Positions 40,642 through 50,488 of a DNA stretch of 64,000 nt are shown here, in pieces. This stretch comes from an uncultured Polyangiales bacterium (GTDB taxonomy: Bacteria; Myxococcota_A; Polyangia; Polyangiales; GCA-016699535). The translations under genes and the position numbers were made by a program. The notes beneath the pieces were generated by a model, which worked only from the letters and a program-made list of their open reading frames with translations, did no database searches and had not been told where the DNA came from. How positions within the stretch are numbered: position 1 is the first letter of the stretch; every line of letters starts with the position of its first letter. The DNA lies in assembly GCA_964640175.1 (NCBI GenBank), contig CAZXFW010000001.1:160460-224459 (forward strand), in the 5' to 3' direction.

Positions 40642-41448
40642 ATGCGATCAAATCTAGGCAAACGGATTGCTTCAGCTGCGGTGCTCATACCGCTTGTGCT
40701 TTGGATAATTCTAAAAGCACCAGCGTGGCTCTTCATGGCAGTGATAAGTCTCTGTGCAGCGCTATGTGCATGGGAGCTTTTGCGAATGGTGTTTAAAGAA
40801 CAGCCGCTTGTGCAGTTTGCAGGTGCGCTGATGACCATGGTGGGCATGTTGCATACACGCTATGCGGGAAATGCTCACGATCTTGCGGCAGCATGGATGG
40901 TGTTGCTTATCGTGCTTGCGACGATCGGGCTGATCAGTCTTGGCAGATACCCTTCCTATTATTCACGGATTGGATGGCTTTTGGTGCCGCCTTTTTATAT
41001 TGGCCTTCCGTTGACTGCGTTGGCGTTATTGCACGCAGAGCCAGAAGGTGCTGCATGGGTGGTGCTGGCACTCACTCTGGCGTTTGTGGGTGATACAGGT
41101 GGTTATGTGGTGGGTAGCCTTTGGGGGACACGTAAGCTTGCTCCAACGATTTCCCCCAACAAAACTGTTCAAGGTGCAGCTGGTGGTCTTATGGGAAGTC
41201 TCATTGCCGCTGTGATCGCCCATGTGTGGTATTTGCCCAGCGTGTCATGGATAGGTGCGTTGGGGCTTGGCTTTGTGGGCGGGGTAGCTGCTCAAGTCGG
41301 AGATTTGTTTGAGTCTTTGATCAAACGTGGCTTTTCGATTAAAGACAGCAGTCAATTGATTCCTGGACATGGGGGCTTATTGGACAGATTGGACGCCGTC
41401 ATTTTTACTTCTGTAGTGACATGGCTGTATGTTGGATATGTGCACTGA
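40642..41448 (+). CDS. cdsA: phosphatidate cytidylyltransferase
   Basis: C-terminal signature SLIKRGFSIKDSSQLIPGHGGLLDRLD. Multi-TM protein located after uppS. Confidence 0.85.
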   Translation: MRSNLGKRIASAAVLIPLVLWIILKAPAWLFMAVISLCAALCAWELLRMVFKEQPLVQFAGALMTMVGMLHTRYAGNAHDLAAAWMVLLIVLATIGLISLGRYPSYYSRIGWLLVPPFYIGLPLTALALLHAEPEGAAWVVLALTLAFVGDTGGYVVGSLWGTRKLAPTISPNKTVQGAAGGLMGSLIAAVIAHVWYLPSVSWIGALGLGFVGGVAAQVGDLFESLIKRGFSIKDSSQLIPGHGGLLDRLDAVIFTSVVTWLYVGYVH

Positions 41449-41583
41449 TGGCGTTTGAGGACATATCAAATATAACGCAGTGCGCCATGTGTGGGTCCTG
41501 ACTGTATGTTGACGAGGTGAGTAGGGAGTTCTATAGCGGCTTTCGTGTGTGGCTCAGGCAGCCTAAATCAGGAGTGGTTAACA

Positions 41584-42849
41584 ATGAGTACCGAACGTTA
41601 TCAGTTTTTCGATGTCATTCAGGCCTATCTGGAAGAGGCTGCAAAGCTGATCAATTTGCCGCCACACATTGCGAACTTATTGTCGCAGCCCAAGAATGAA
41701 CTGATCGTTCACTTTCCTGTCCAGATGGACAATGGAGAAATACGAGTCCTCAAAGGCTATCGCATTCAGCACAACAATCTGCTTGGCCCGTACAAAGGTG
41801 GCTTGCGCTACCACGAAACAGTGTCATTGGATGACCTCAAAGCACTTTCTTCGATGATGACGTGGAAGTGTGCGCTGATGGAGATCCCTTTTGGTGGCGC
41901 GAAAGGGGGCATCAAAGTTAATCCGCGTGAGCTTTCCCAAGGCGAACTCATGCGAATGACGCGACGTTTTACGCACGCCCTGGGTTCCAACATAGGGCCG
42001 GACTACGACATCCCTGCCCCTGATGTGGGAACCAATGCTCAGATCATGGTGTGGATGATGGATACATACATGAACACCATTGGTCATGTAGAGAAAAACG
42101 CGCAGCGACGGATTGTCACAGGCAAGAGCATTACTTCGGGTGGCTCGCATGGCCGTGAGAAAGCTACAGCGCAAGGCGTTGTGCATTGCATTACGGAATG
42201 GGCGCGTGATCAGCACATGGATCTTGAAGCGAAAACTGCCATTATCCAGGGGTTTGGAAACGTGGGGTCGAATACAGCAATGTTACTTGCGAAGCTTGGC
42301 GTATCGACGTTAGCGGTAGGGGATCACTCTGGGTACATGCAAAATCCAGAAGGGTTCAATCCCCATAAGCTTGCGGAATATTGCAAGCAACATGGTTCAA
42401 TCTCTGGATACCCTCAAGGCCAACCTTGCAGCCGTGAGGAATTTTTTGCGACCAAAGCAGATATTTTCATTCCAGCGGCTTTGGAAAATCAGGTAGGTGA
42501 AGAAGAGGCACGTGCGCTTCAGGTGCGTTTGGTGGCTGAAGGCGCCAATGGTCCGTTGAATCCAAAAGGTGAGAAGATTTTACAAGAGCGAGGCATCGAC
42601 ATCGTTCCAGACATTTTGGCGAACAGTGGTGGTGTCACAGTCAGCTACTATGAATGGGTGCAAAATCGGCGCAGTGAAACGTGGGATTTGGAAGAAGTCG
42701 ATGCGCGTTTGGAAAAGACCATGAAACGTAATTACCAGCGGGTTTCACTGATGGCTCGACAGCTCAAGTGCAGCATGCGCCTTGCGGCCTATGGCTTAGC
42801 GTTGCAATCTCTGAAAGCCGCATACATTGAACGTGGCATTTTTCCGTAG
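41584..42849 (+). CDS. gdhA: Glu/Leu/Phe/Val-family glutamate dehydrogenase
   Basis: Catalytic-Lys motif IPFGGAKGGI and Rossmann motif QGFGNVG. ATG 41584 (MSTERYQFF) is preferred. Confidence 0.9.
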   Translation: MSTERYQFFDVIQAYLEEAAKLINLPPHIANLLSQPKNELIVHFPVQMDNGEIRVLKGYRIQHNNLLGPYKGGLRYHETVSLDDLKALSSMMTWKCALMEIPFGGAKGGIKVNPRELSQGELMRMTRRFTHALGSNIGPDYDIPAPDVGTNAQIMVWMMDTYMNTIGHVEKNAQRRIVTGKSITSGGSHGREKATAQGVVHCITEWARDQHMDLEAKTAIIQGFGNVGSNTAMLLAKLGVSTLAVGDHSGYMQNPEGFNPHKLAEYCKQHGSISGYPQGQPCSREEFFATKADIFIPAALENQVGEEEARALQVRLVAEGANGPLNPKGEKILQERGIDIVPDILANSGGVTVSYYEWVQNRRSETWDLEEVDARLEKTMKRNYQRVSLMARQLKCSMRLAAYGLALQSLKAAYIERGIFP

Positions 42850-42914
42850 TTGCCAAGGCATCCCGGGCAAAAGCCGTATTTGCGGCAGTTTCGTAAATGT
42901 GATGTAAGCCGAAC

Positions 42915-44483
42915 ATGAGGACGGGTGCGATGGCAACCAAGCTCTTCGGACGGCGCCATTGTCTTTGGGCCGCGTGGGTTGGCGTGCTGGTTGGCATGAT
43001 TGGCCCGTTTGCGCCTTCGGCTGTAAGTGCACAAACGCAGCAAGCCCCTGTCATGTCAGGCGGGGGCCTGAGCGCAGACAATCCGACGGGGCAAATACGT
43101 TATATTGTTGAAAAGATTGATGTTTTAGGAAATCGGTATACCTCCAGTCGGATCATTAAAGATTACTTAGAGCTTCATCCTGGTGATGTCATTGACGTGG
43201 ACGATCCCCGTTTTGAAGCGGTGCGCTGGCGGCTATTGGGGACGGGGTATTTCGATGCGGTTCGGCTAAGGCTTGCTCGTGGCAGCCAGCGGGGACGGAT
43301 AGTGCTGGTGGTCGAGGTAGAGGAGCGTAATACCTTTATTATTGATCAGGTGGCGATGGGTATTGCCGAAGGTGTGCGTAACAGCACCGACCGGTCTGCG
43401 GAAATCGAACCATACTTCGGATTGAGCGTGACCGAGCGCAACATGTTTGGGCAAGGGCTTGGGCTGACGGCCGCAACTGCACTGGCACCTTCTCAGCAAG
43501 GGTTTCGCTTAAGCGTGGATTATCCGCGTGCTGTTAATCGAGATCTTTCACTCCATGCGATGGCATTTTTTAACAATGCCAGAGAATTTTTCGGAGGAGA
43601 TGATGTGTTGGTTAGCATTCAATGCCCTCCTGTGGATGCCAACGATCCGGAACCATGTCCGGAAGAGGTACAGTCCAAAAATGCTGTAGTTAAATACAAG
43701 CGTGTAGGCTTGAGCTTTGGCACAGGCCAAGACATCGGCAATGCGTTGCGTTACACCTTGGATTGGCAAGGCGAGTTGATCGATGTCTCGACCATGCCTG
43801 ATGCTGCTACCGAGCTTCGAGGCGATGAAGTGGTTCCCATCGATTTTTCGATCAATCCGGATCAAAGCTGGATGTCGATGGTTCGGTTTGGCTTGAGTTA
43901 CGATCGACGCAACAATCCAGCATTAACCACGAGTGGACTCTGGATCAATTTTCGCGGCGACTTAGCCACGCAAGTCTTGTTGAGTGATTATGATTTTGTA
44001 CGCTTGCAGCTTCAGGTCAGGCATTGGTTTGCATTGCCATGGAAGCATGTGTTGCGTGTGGGTGCCTATGGAGGTGTCATTTTTGGCAGAGCCCCGTTTT
44101 TCTACAAGTTCTATGTGTCAGATTTAAGCGATCTGCTTCCATCGCGCATGTTGGAGTTAAATTTTGATCGTCGAACTCCACCTAGCCTGTTGGGTACTTC
44201 TGTCAAAGAAATGCGCAGCGAAGACATTGCTGCCAGAGTTGACCTTGAATATGCCTACCCCCTGCATAGAGCGAGTAAAGGTACGCGTGCCGTCGATTTG
44301 TTTTTAGGAGGCGGGCTTTACTTTTTGGCGTCACGTCGAGATTTAGAGGTTTCGATACCAGGGTATGATGGATTTTCGAGCATTCCCATAGATCTCACGT
44401 TTGACTTTGGAGTGCGGATCGATACGGACGTGGGCGTTTTTCAAGTGGCATTTTCCAACTTGTTAGGATTTCTCGTTCTGTGA
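42915..44483 (+). CDS. Omp85/BamA-family outer-membrane protein (single POTRA plus barrel)
   Basis: Signal peptide ending SAVSAQ, a POTRA-like block (IRYIVEKIDVLGNRYTSSRIIKDYLELHPGDVID), and a beta-rich C-terminal region ending GVFQVAFSNLLGFLVL. Confidence 0.6.
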   Translation: MRTGAMATKLFGRRHCLWAAWVGVLVGMIGPFAPSAVSAQTQQAPVMSGGGLSADNPTGQIRYIVEKIDVLGNRYTSSRIIKDYLELHPGDVIDVDDPRFEAVRWRLLGTGYFDAVRLRLARGSQRGRIVLVVEVEERNTFIIDQVAMGIAEGVRNSTDRSAEIEPYFGLSVTERNMFGQGLGLTAATALAPSQQGFRLSVDYPRAVNRDLSLHAMAFFNNAREFFGGDDVLVSIQCPPVDANDPEPCPEEVQSKNAVVKYKRVGLSFGTGQDIGNALRYTLDWQGELIDVSTMPDAATELRGDEVVPIDFSINPDQSWMSMVRFGLSYDRRNNPALTTSGLWINFRGDLATQVLLSDYDFVRLQLQVRHWFALPWKHVLRVGAYGGVIFGRAPFFYKFYVSDLSDLLPSRMLELNFDRRTPPSLLGTSVKEMRSEDIAARVDLEYAYPLHRASKGTRAVDLFLGGGLYFLASRRDLEVSIPGYDGFSSIPIDLTFDFGVRIDTDVGVFQVAFSNLLGFLVL

Positions 44484-45154
44484 GGCACGTAGTTACAGTC
44501 TTAGCAGGCCTTTGGCTTACACTTGTGTGTTATCCAACAGCCTATGCTCAGGATACCGCAACGCTTAGTCAACGGCGTTTTGGTGGCGGCTGGGTTGGAC
44601 AGGAGCTATCTGTTGATGTTTCTGTAGCAGATTTTTTAAACCGTGATGTCCAACACAAGTTACGAAGTGGCTTACCACAGACCCTTGTCATGCAAACGGT
44701 TGTGTATACGGATAAGTCAAAAAAACCTTTGGTCGCTTATGCACAAACATGTCGTGTGGTGTTTGATATTTGGGACGAAATTTACCGCGTTGAGCGACTT
44801 ACGCCGCGACAACAAAACACGTTTTTACTGCACACTCCCGCTGAAATTTCCAAAGTGTGCTTGGAACTTCAAAAGGTTCGTTTGGGAAATGCTGGCATCT
44901 TTCAAGATCGTGTTGGCGACAGCGTATATGTGGGGCTGTTGGTCGAGCTTAACCCTCTTTCCGAAAAAACTGTCGAACGCATCCGACGGTGGCTTGTGCG
45001 TCCTGGTGGTAGCAAAGGCTTAGCAGACGATAGTTTCTACGGCTCATTTGTCAGCCTGTTTGTTAATCCGAGAATCGGTACAGCAGACCGTACCTTGCGC
45101 ATTCGCTCTCAAACCATGCAAGTGCCTGGGCGAAAAGGAGTGAAGCGCCCATGA
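44480..45154 (+). CDS. exported hypothetical protein
   Basis: Signal peptide ending PTAYAQD. Overlaps both neighbours by 4 nt. No recognisable motif; it may be DUF4390-like given the NtrY-like kinase downstream, but this is unverified. Confidence 0.45.
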   Translation: MRHVVTVLAGLWLTLVCYPTAYAQDTATLSQRRFGGGWVGQELSVDVSVADFLNRDVQHKLRSGLPQTLVMQTVVYTDKSKKPLVAYAQTCRVVFDIWDEIYRVERLTPRQQNTFLLHTPAEISKVCLELQKVRLGNAGIFQDRVGDSVYVGLLVELNPLSEKTVERIRRWLVRPGGSKGLADDSFYGSFVSLFVNPRIGTADRTLRIRSQTMQVPGRKGVKRP

Positions 45155-46677
45155 TTCGGCTTAGCCGCTTTGAGCGTAAAGTGTTATGGCTCATGGTGGC
45201 AGTCACCTGTGCGCCCTTGATAGCTGCGCTCATCTTAGGCCAAGTTGCACTGCGTGAAAATTATCAATTGGGTCTTAATGAGCGGGTGTTGGGGTCGCTT
45301 CAGCGGTATCTCGCCGTGTATCAAGAACACCTTGAACTGTTACGTGATCAAGCAGAACAAGAAGCCGATGCCGTAGCCAATCATTGGCGCGTCCGTGCTG
45401 CGTTGGAGCAAGGTGATGCCAAACGTATTGCAACTGTGCTTGAACAGGTGATAGCGAATCGTGCTTCGATTGTAGCCGTAGCAGTGCAGATGCCGAAAGG
45501 TCAGGATAAGGTGGTTGTTAATAAAGCATCCACTAAGCCAAGCCATACAACCAAAGTGTTTGTACGCGAGCTCGACAATGACAGGGCTATGGTTGTGACA
45601 GTCAACGTGCCTCAATGGATGTTCAAGGAATATACAGAGGCGGGACAGTTTGTGCGGGACTTTGAAGTGTTGGTGCGTGGCACTTCCTATATCTCGAACC
45701 GATACCTTGCTGTGTATGCCATGCTCGTCTTGGCAGTGATTGCGGCTGCATTGGGATTAGGAATATGGGGTGCACGCCAAGTGACACGCCGAGTCGCCTT
45801 GCTTGCTTTGGCAACCCAACAAGTGGGTGCAGGTGACTGGACCGTGCAAGTGCCGTTGTCGGGCAATGACGAAATCACAGCGTTGACTCAAGCATTTAAC
45901 ACCATGGTCCGGGATATGCGCGAATCACGAGACAGGATTGCGTATTTGCAGCGTATCAGTGCGTGGCAAGACGTCGCGCGCCGGCTGGCTCATGAAATTA
46001 AAAATCCACTAACGCCTATTTTATTGGCGGTCCAGGAACTCGACACAGGATTTGACACGGTTAAGGACCCAACCTATGCCCATAAACTTAAAGAGGCTCG
46101 TAGCATTGTGGAAGAAGAAGTGGCCACCCTTAAGCGGCTGGTTGAGGAATTCAGAACGTTTGCAAAATTGCCTTCGGTGCAGCCTGAGCTCATGGACCTC
46201 CGAAGCTTTGTACAACAGGCAACCCGCACGTTGTGGTTAGGCAAAGAACGCGAGGCCGACCAAGCGGCCGACATTCAGATTGACATCGAGCTTGGCCAAG
46301 ATGCTATTCCCGTCAAACTGGATGCGATGTTGCTGAAGGGATGCCTCGACAATTTAATTCTCAATGCGCGTCAAGCGATCGAAGCCCAGAAAGCTCCGGC
46401 CAAGAAAGGTCACATCCGAATCTCTACGCGTCGAACAGCGACCAAGGGCATTATAGAAGTGGAAGATGATGGCCCTGGTGTATCAATTGAGTATCAAGAA
46501 CGAGTCTTTGATCCTTATCACACCAGTAAGCCCACAGGGACGGGACTAGGCTTAGCCATTGTAAAGAAAGTGGTTTTAGAGCATGGAGGGGATGTATATT
46601 GTACACGCTCTACGTTGGGTGGTGCTTCATTTGTGATACATTTGCCCTTGGATCTTAGTGCGCGTGTGCTAAGCTAA
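45151..46677 (+). CDS. sensor histidine kinase (NtrY-like: TM-periplasmic-TM-HAMP-HisKA-HATPase)
   Basis: H-box LAHEIKNPLTPI, N-box NLILNARQA, G-boxes EDDGPG and GTGLGLAIV, and a HAMP segment (ITALTQAFNTMVRDM). Confidence 0.85.
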   Translation: MIRLSRFERKVLWLMVAVTCAPLIAALILGQVALRENYQLGLNERVLGSLQRYLAVYQEHLELLRDQAEQEADAVANHWRVRAALEQGDAKRIATVLEQVIANRASIVAVAVQMPKGQDKVVVNKASTKPSHTTKVFVRELDNDRAMVVTVNVPQWMFKEYTEAGQFVRDFEVLVRGTSYISNRYLAVYAMLVLAVIAAALGLGIWGARQVTRRVALLALATQQVGAGDWTVQVPLSGNDEITALTQAFNTMVRDMRESRDRIAYLQRISAWQDVARRLAHEIKNPLTPILLAVQELDTGFDTVKDPTYAHKLKEARSIVEEEVATLKRLVEEFRTFAKLPSVQPELMDLRSFVQQATRTLWLGKEREADQAADIQIDIELGQDAIPVKLDAMLLKGCLDNLILNARQAIEAQKAPAKKGHIRISTRRTATKGIIEVEDDGPGVSIEYQERVFDPYHTSKPTGTGLGLAIVKKVVLEHGGDVYCTRSTLGGASFVIHLPLDLSARVLS

Positions 46678-46739
46678 GTCAGATCAAGGCTTGGGCCAGG
46701 CTTCGTCAGGTTGACCCAGGCCTTTTTAAGCTGCTAGGC

Positions 46740-47606
46740 TTGCAACGACTCTGGGGCACATCCCCCGACATTTGGAGAGAAGTTATTACAGCTGCACAGT
46801 TACAGAGCACTTCTACAGCAACGGTAGAGCCTGCAAACTATGTCACCCGACAAAGTTTGGAAGAGCGGGTGTGTTTACTTAGAGAGCTGATGAGTGAAGC
46901 GGACGTTGAGGATCAAGCACTCTTTCGTGAGCGTCTGACCATGTCATGGATTTACCATGACAGTGCACTGGAGGGGAACGTATACACGCCCCATGAGCTC
47001 AAGGCGGCGATTGATAACCAGATCGTAAGTGATACATCATTGATCCCGGTCTACGACGAGATTCGGCAACATCAGCAGGCGATTGAACTGGTGCGTCAGC
47101 TTGCAGAGAAAAAGCGACTGCCACTCAATTTAGACGTGTTGCACAAGATATACGCGATCATGGATCCGGAAGAAACCGACCATAAAGGTCTTCCAAAGTA
47201 TCGCAAGGACATTCCGCTACACCGTTTGTATTTTCACGAGATTGCGCCACCTGATAAAATCGCCTCGCGCATGCGTCAGGTGATGCAGGGGCTTAATACC
47301 GCAGAGACCAAGCGCAGTGTGCATACGGTGCGCATGGTCGCCAAGCTCCAGTTTCAGCTGTTACAGGTGTACCCATTTCCTAAGCACAGCGGGAAGATTG
47401 TGCGGTTGTTTACGAACTTGATGCTGTTACGGCAGGGGTACCCTCCATGCATTATTCATGCCACGGATAGGCAGCGATACTACGAGGCGCTCAAGACCTC
47501 GGATGCTGCGTTGGCGCATTTGATATCGGAGTCGCTCTCTGCTGGAATTGAAAGCGCAATTAAGTATTTTGAAGACCGTCCCCAAGGTGGCGCCCAGAGC
47601 GCCTGA
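46740..47606 (+). CDS. Fic/DOC-family protein with degenerate active-site motif
   Basis: The Fic fold context is conserved (LLQVYPFPKHSGKIVRLFTNLMLLRQGYP), but the canonical HPFxDGNGRxxR reads YPFPKHSGKIVR. TTG start is uncertain. Confidence 0.65.
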   Translation: MQRLWGTSPDIWREVITAAQLQSTSTATVEPANYVTRQSLEERVCLLRELMSEADVEDQALFRERLTMSWIYHDSALEGNVYTPHELKAAIDNQIVSDTSLIPVYDEIRQHQQAIELVRQLAEKKRLPLNLDVLHKIYAIMDPEETDHKGLPKYRKDIPLHRLYFHEIAPPDKIASRMRQVMQGLNTAETKRSVHTVRMVAKLQFQLLQVYPFPKHSGKIVRLFTNLMLLRQGYPPCIIHATDRQRYYEALKTSDAALAHLISESLSAGIESAIKYFEDRPQGGAQSA

Positions 47607-47649
47607 TGAGGGGTGTCGCAAAAAGATGGGACTGAGTGCTTAGCACGGG

Positions 47650-49533
47650 CTAAGGCGTCTGAGAGGTTCCTTTTAGGAGGGGCACATCGACGGCGTCTGG
47701 GTCGGATGGTTCAGGGCGCGCGCCACTGGAACGGATCGTGCCAATACGAAGCCCGTGGGTGCGAATGGCGAGCGCTTGGGCCTGGGTAAGAACATGGCGT
47801 GTCTCGGCGAGGTCGCCTCGGCGTAAATGGGCCGGGGAGAACAGTCCGTCAAATGGAAGTACCACGTTGGGTGGTTTGCGCTCATGGCCAATGCGAAGTG
47901 CAAGATCGGAAGGACAGGGTGCGTGAGCATAGAGCTTCAATAAAAGCGTGTTATTTTTCAAGGTTGCATTGACGGCCGAGAGGCATGACGTGAGCGCGAC
48001 ACCGTGAGCAGGAACATTGCGTTTGAGAATGTAAGTAGCTGCATAAGGCCCAGTGCGTGCTTGAGGGCCATGTTCTAGAACTGCAAAATCGAGATTTGCA
48101 AAACGCAGTACGTAGTCAGAGCGTGATAACCAGTCGCGGGTGCTGGGGTCTTGTGCGGTGCGTAACACCGTTCCATCTGAAGTGTAATGTTGGCGGTAGG
48201 CCATATCGAGTAACACAAACTTGGTGTTCATATCCGGAGGCGGTCCGCGGTGTACGCGATCGCGTTCTGCTAGATGTGAAAGCAATGCATCGGGAGCTTG
48301 CACGCTCGCGTCTGAAGAAACCAACGTTAATGCTTGGCGTGCATGAAAGGAGCGGGCGTCGACGCGAAAGTCAGTGGCTTGGTAATCGTGTGACCACGGC
48401 ATGCCTCCAAATAGAACATGCGTGGTGATTGAAGCACCAAACACGAGGATCAGGGGCAGAGATTTCAGGGAAACCCACAGGGGTTTAGCTGCGTGTGCAA
48501 GGCGTTGGCTTACAACGTGGGCACCGTCAATCGCCGCAATCACAATAAAAGGAAGTGCTGGCGTTAAATAATGAGAATCCAAACGGGTGACACCCGGAAA
48601 CTCTGAAAGAAAATTAATAGCAAATGTAGGAAGGGCTAAAATCAACCATTGAGGCCGTAGCCACGGAAATACCAGTCCAACGGTAAGTGCGACGCTCGGG
48701 ATGTACCAAGCACGTGAAGATGCAGACAGGTGTGTCCACAGCTCAAGAGGATGTGTTATCAAATACCAAGCCACGTGCGGCAAGCTTGTGCCCCACTGGC
48801 CAAAGTGAAGAGACAGTGAACCGTGATGAGGGCCAAAAAGGGGCAACATCACCAGCGAGAACAGTGCAAAATAGATAAGTGAATAGAGCGCAATTTTTTT
48901 TCCAAGCGCACGCAGTTCAAGCGATTCGGTTCGCATGGCTAAGCATCCAAACAAGAATGTCACCAACGCGAAGTCTTCACGGCAGCATAAAATGGCAATG
49001 ATGCTCCATTTAAACATTTGCGAGGCTCGTTGATCCAAGGCATATGCCGCCCATGCCATAGGGAGCACAGCCAATGTGCCTGGATGAAACTCGTCAGTGA
49101 CAACATGTCCAAGGTTGGGATGCAAAAGCCAAACCATGGCAGTGACAGGTGCAGCCCATCCACCAAAACGGTGCGCGGCAAGCTTAGCCAATGGCCATGC
49201 GGTGAGGGAAACAATGGCTGCTTGTGCAATTAGTAAAACAGGCACCACATCAAACAACGTTCCCAGTATTCCCAGAGGCAAAAGCACCGGCGAAAGATGC
49301 ACGCCCCAAAACCAAGCGCTTACAAAGGGATCCCATAAGTTGGCGTGCGCGTAACCCCACGCCATGCGGGCGTACATGGCCAAGTCAAATGTGTGATTGT
49401 GGAAAGTAAGCCAGCGGCGGAAAGCCTGAAAACTCAGTAAGGCAGTGCTTAAAGACACCAGTCCCGCAACAAGTCTGGCGTAAGGAAGTGTAGATCTAAA
49501 AGACAACATAGAATCCGATGAATTTGACGACAA
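47650..49533 (-). CDS. large polytopic membrane protein (DUF2079-like, putative glycosyltransferase-C type)
   Basis: 627 aa. The N-terminal half has about 12 TM helices and an FHNHTFDLAMY motif reminiscent of DUF2079. The C-terminal approximately 230 aa is soluble. Confidence 0.55.
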   Translation of the reverse strand: MSSNSSDSMLSFRSTLPYARLVAGLVSLSTALLSFQAFRRWLTFHNHTFDLAMYARMAWGYAHANLWDPFVSAWFWGVHLSPVLLPLGILGTLFDVVPVLLIAQAAIVSLTAWPLAKLAAHRFGGWAAPVTAMVWLLHPNLGHVVTDEFHPGTLAVLPMAWAAYALDQRASQMFKWSIIAILCCREDFALVTFLFGCLAMRTESLELRALGKKIALYSLIYFALFSLVMLPLFGPHHGSLSLHFGQWGTSLPHVAWYLITHPLELWTHLSASSRAWYIPSVALTVGLVFPWLRPQWLILALPTFAINFLSEFPGVTRLDSHYLTPALPFIVIAAIDGAHVVSQRLAHAAKPLWVSLKSLPLILVFGASITTHVLFGGMPWSHDYQATDFRVDARSFHARQALTLVSSDASVQAPDALLSHLAERDRVHRGPPPDMNTKFVLLDMAYRQHYTSDGTVLRTAQDPSTRDWLSRSDYVLRFANLDFAVLEHGPQARTGPYAATYILKRNVPAHGVALTSCLSAVNATLKNNTLLLKLYAHAPCPSDLALRIGHERKPPNVVLPFDGLFSPAHLRRGDLAETRHVLTQAQALAIRTHGLRIGTIRSSGARPEPSDPDAVDVPLLKGTSQTP

Positions 49534-49615
49534 TTTGCCAGCCTATTGGAAGTATTGGTAGTCAGGGTCTAGCGGGGCCTTGGGTCGCGCGAATGTGTGT
49601 ATAGGGGTTTTAGCC

Positions 49616-50488
49616 ATGTGTGTTCGAGGAAGTTTCTTTCTTTTGGGGTTTGTATTCATGGTGCCATCGGTTGTGCAAGCACAAGCGGGTGCGGCAACGA
49701 TGGAGACAAGCCGAGGAGTGGGATTAGGCACGGGAGTACGTGCTTCGGCAATGTCCACTTCGGCGTTACTTTACAATGCTGCGAGCATGCCTCTAGGGCG
49801 CTCCTATCATATTGAAGGCACAGGGGCTTATGAGCCGCAGGCCGGCCGGTTTGGTGTTATGGCGGCAGCCACAGATTCCATGCTCAACGAGAATTTTTCA
49901 GCGGGTCTGGCTGCACGGGGTATTTTTAGCGACGGCGAACAGGGGTATTCCGGCTTTGATGGGCGCCTTGGTGTAGCGGTGCCCATTGCGGACGTGGTGG
50001 GTATTGGCTTAGCTGCGCGGTATCTGAATCTTTCATCGCAAGGGCTGCCAGCCGGTCAAAGCGATACGGCACCCGATGGCTTCACCATGGATGCTTCATT
50101 GCGAGTGACACTGGCTAACACGATTCAACTTGCTGGCATGATTTATAACTTTATCGATCTGGATTCGCCGTATGCCCCGGTTACAGTGGGTGGTAGCGCG
50201 TCTTTTCAATTGATGGATAGCTTTACGGCAGGTGGAGATGTGCTGTTTGACTTGACGAGTTATGACAGCACCAAGATGCAAGTCGGTGGTGGCGTAGAAT
50301 ATCTGGCCAACGGAGCTATTCCGCTTCGTGTGGGGTATTTTTACGACGCTGGCTTGGATGTCCACGCGATATCAGGTGGACTGGGTTATATCTCTCAGTC
50401 CGTTGGTATCGAGTTTTCCATTCGGCAGCAGCTCTCAGGAGAAAACGACACCTACCTGATCAGCTCATTGCGTTATTTTGTGTACTGA
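49616..50488 (+). CDS. putative outer-membrane beta-barrel protein
   Basis: Signal peptide ending VVQAQAG, alternating-hydrophobicity strands, and a C-terminal aromatic ending (SSLRYFVY). Confidence 0.5.
   Translation: MCVRGSFFLLGFVFMVPSVVQAQAGAATMETSRGVGLGTGVRASAMSTSALLYNAASMPLGRSYHIEGTGAYEPQAGRFGVMAAATDSMLNENFSAGLAARGIFSDGEQGYSGFDGRLGVAVPIADVVGIGLAARYLNLSSQGLPAGQSDTAPDGFTMDASLRVTLANTIQLAGMIYNFIDLDSPYAPVTVGGSASFQLMDSFTAGGDVLFDLTSYDSTKMQVGGGVEYLANGAIPLRVGYFYDAGLDVHAISGGLGYISQSVGIEFSIRQQLSGENDTYLISSLRYFVY

Noticed and set aside
43483-43498. Sigma-54-like match TGGCACCTTCTCAGCA
   Set aside because: It lies deep inside the Omp85-family coding region, and the -12 element is CAGCA rather than TTGCA. 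It is consistent with the roughly one chance match expected per window.
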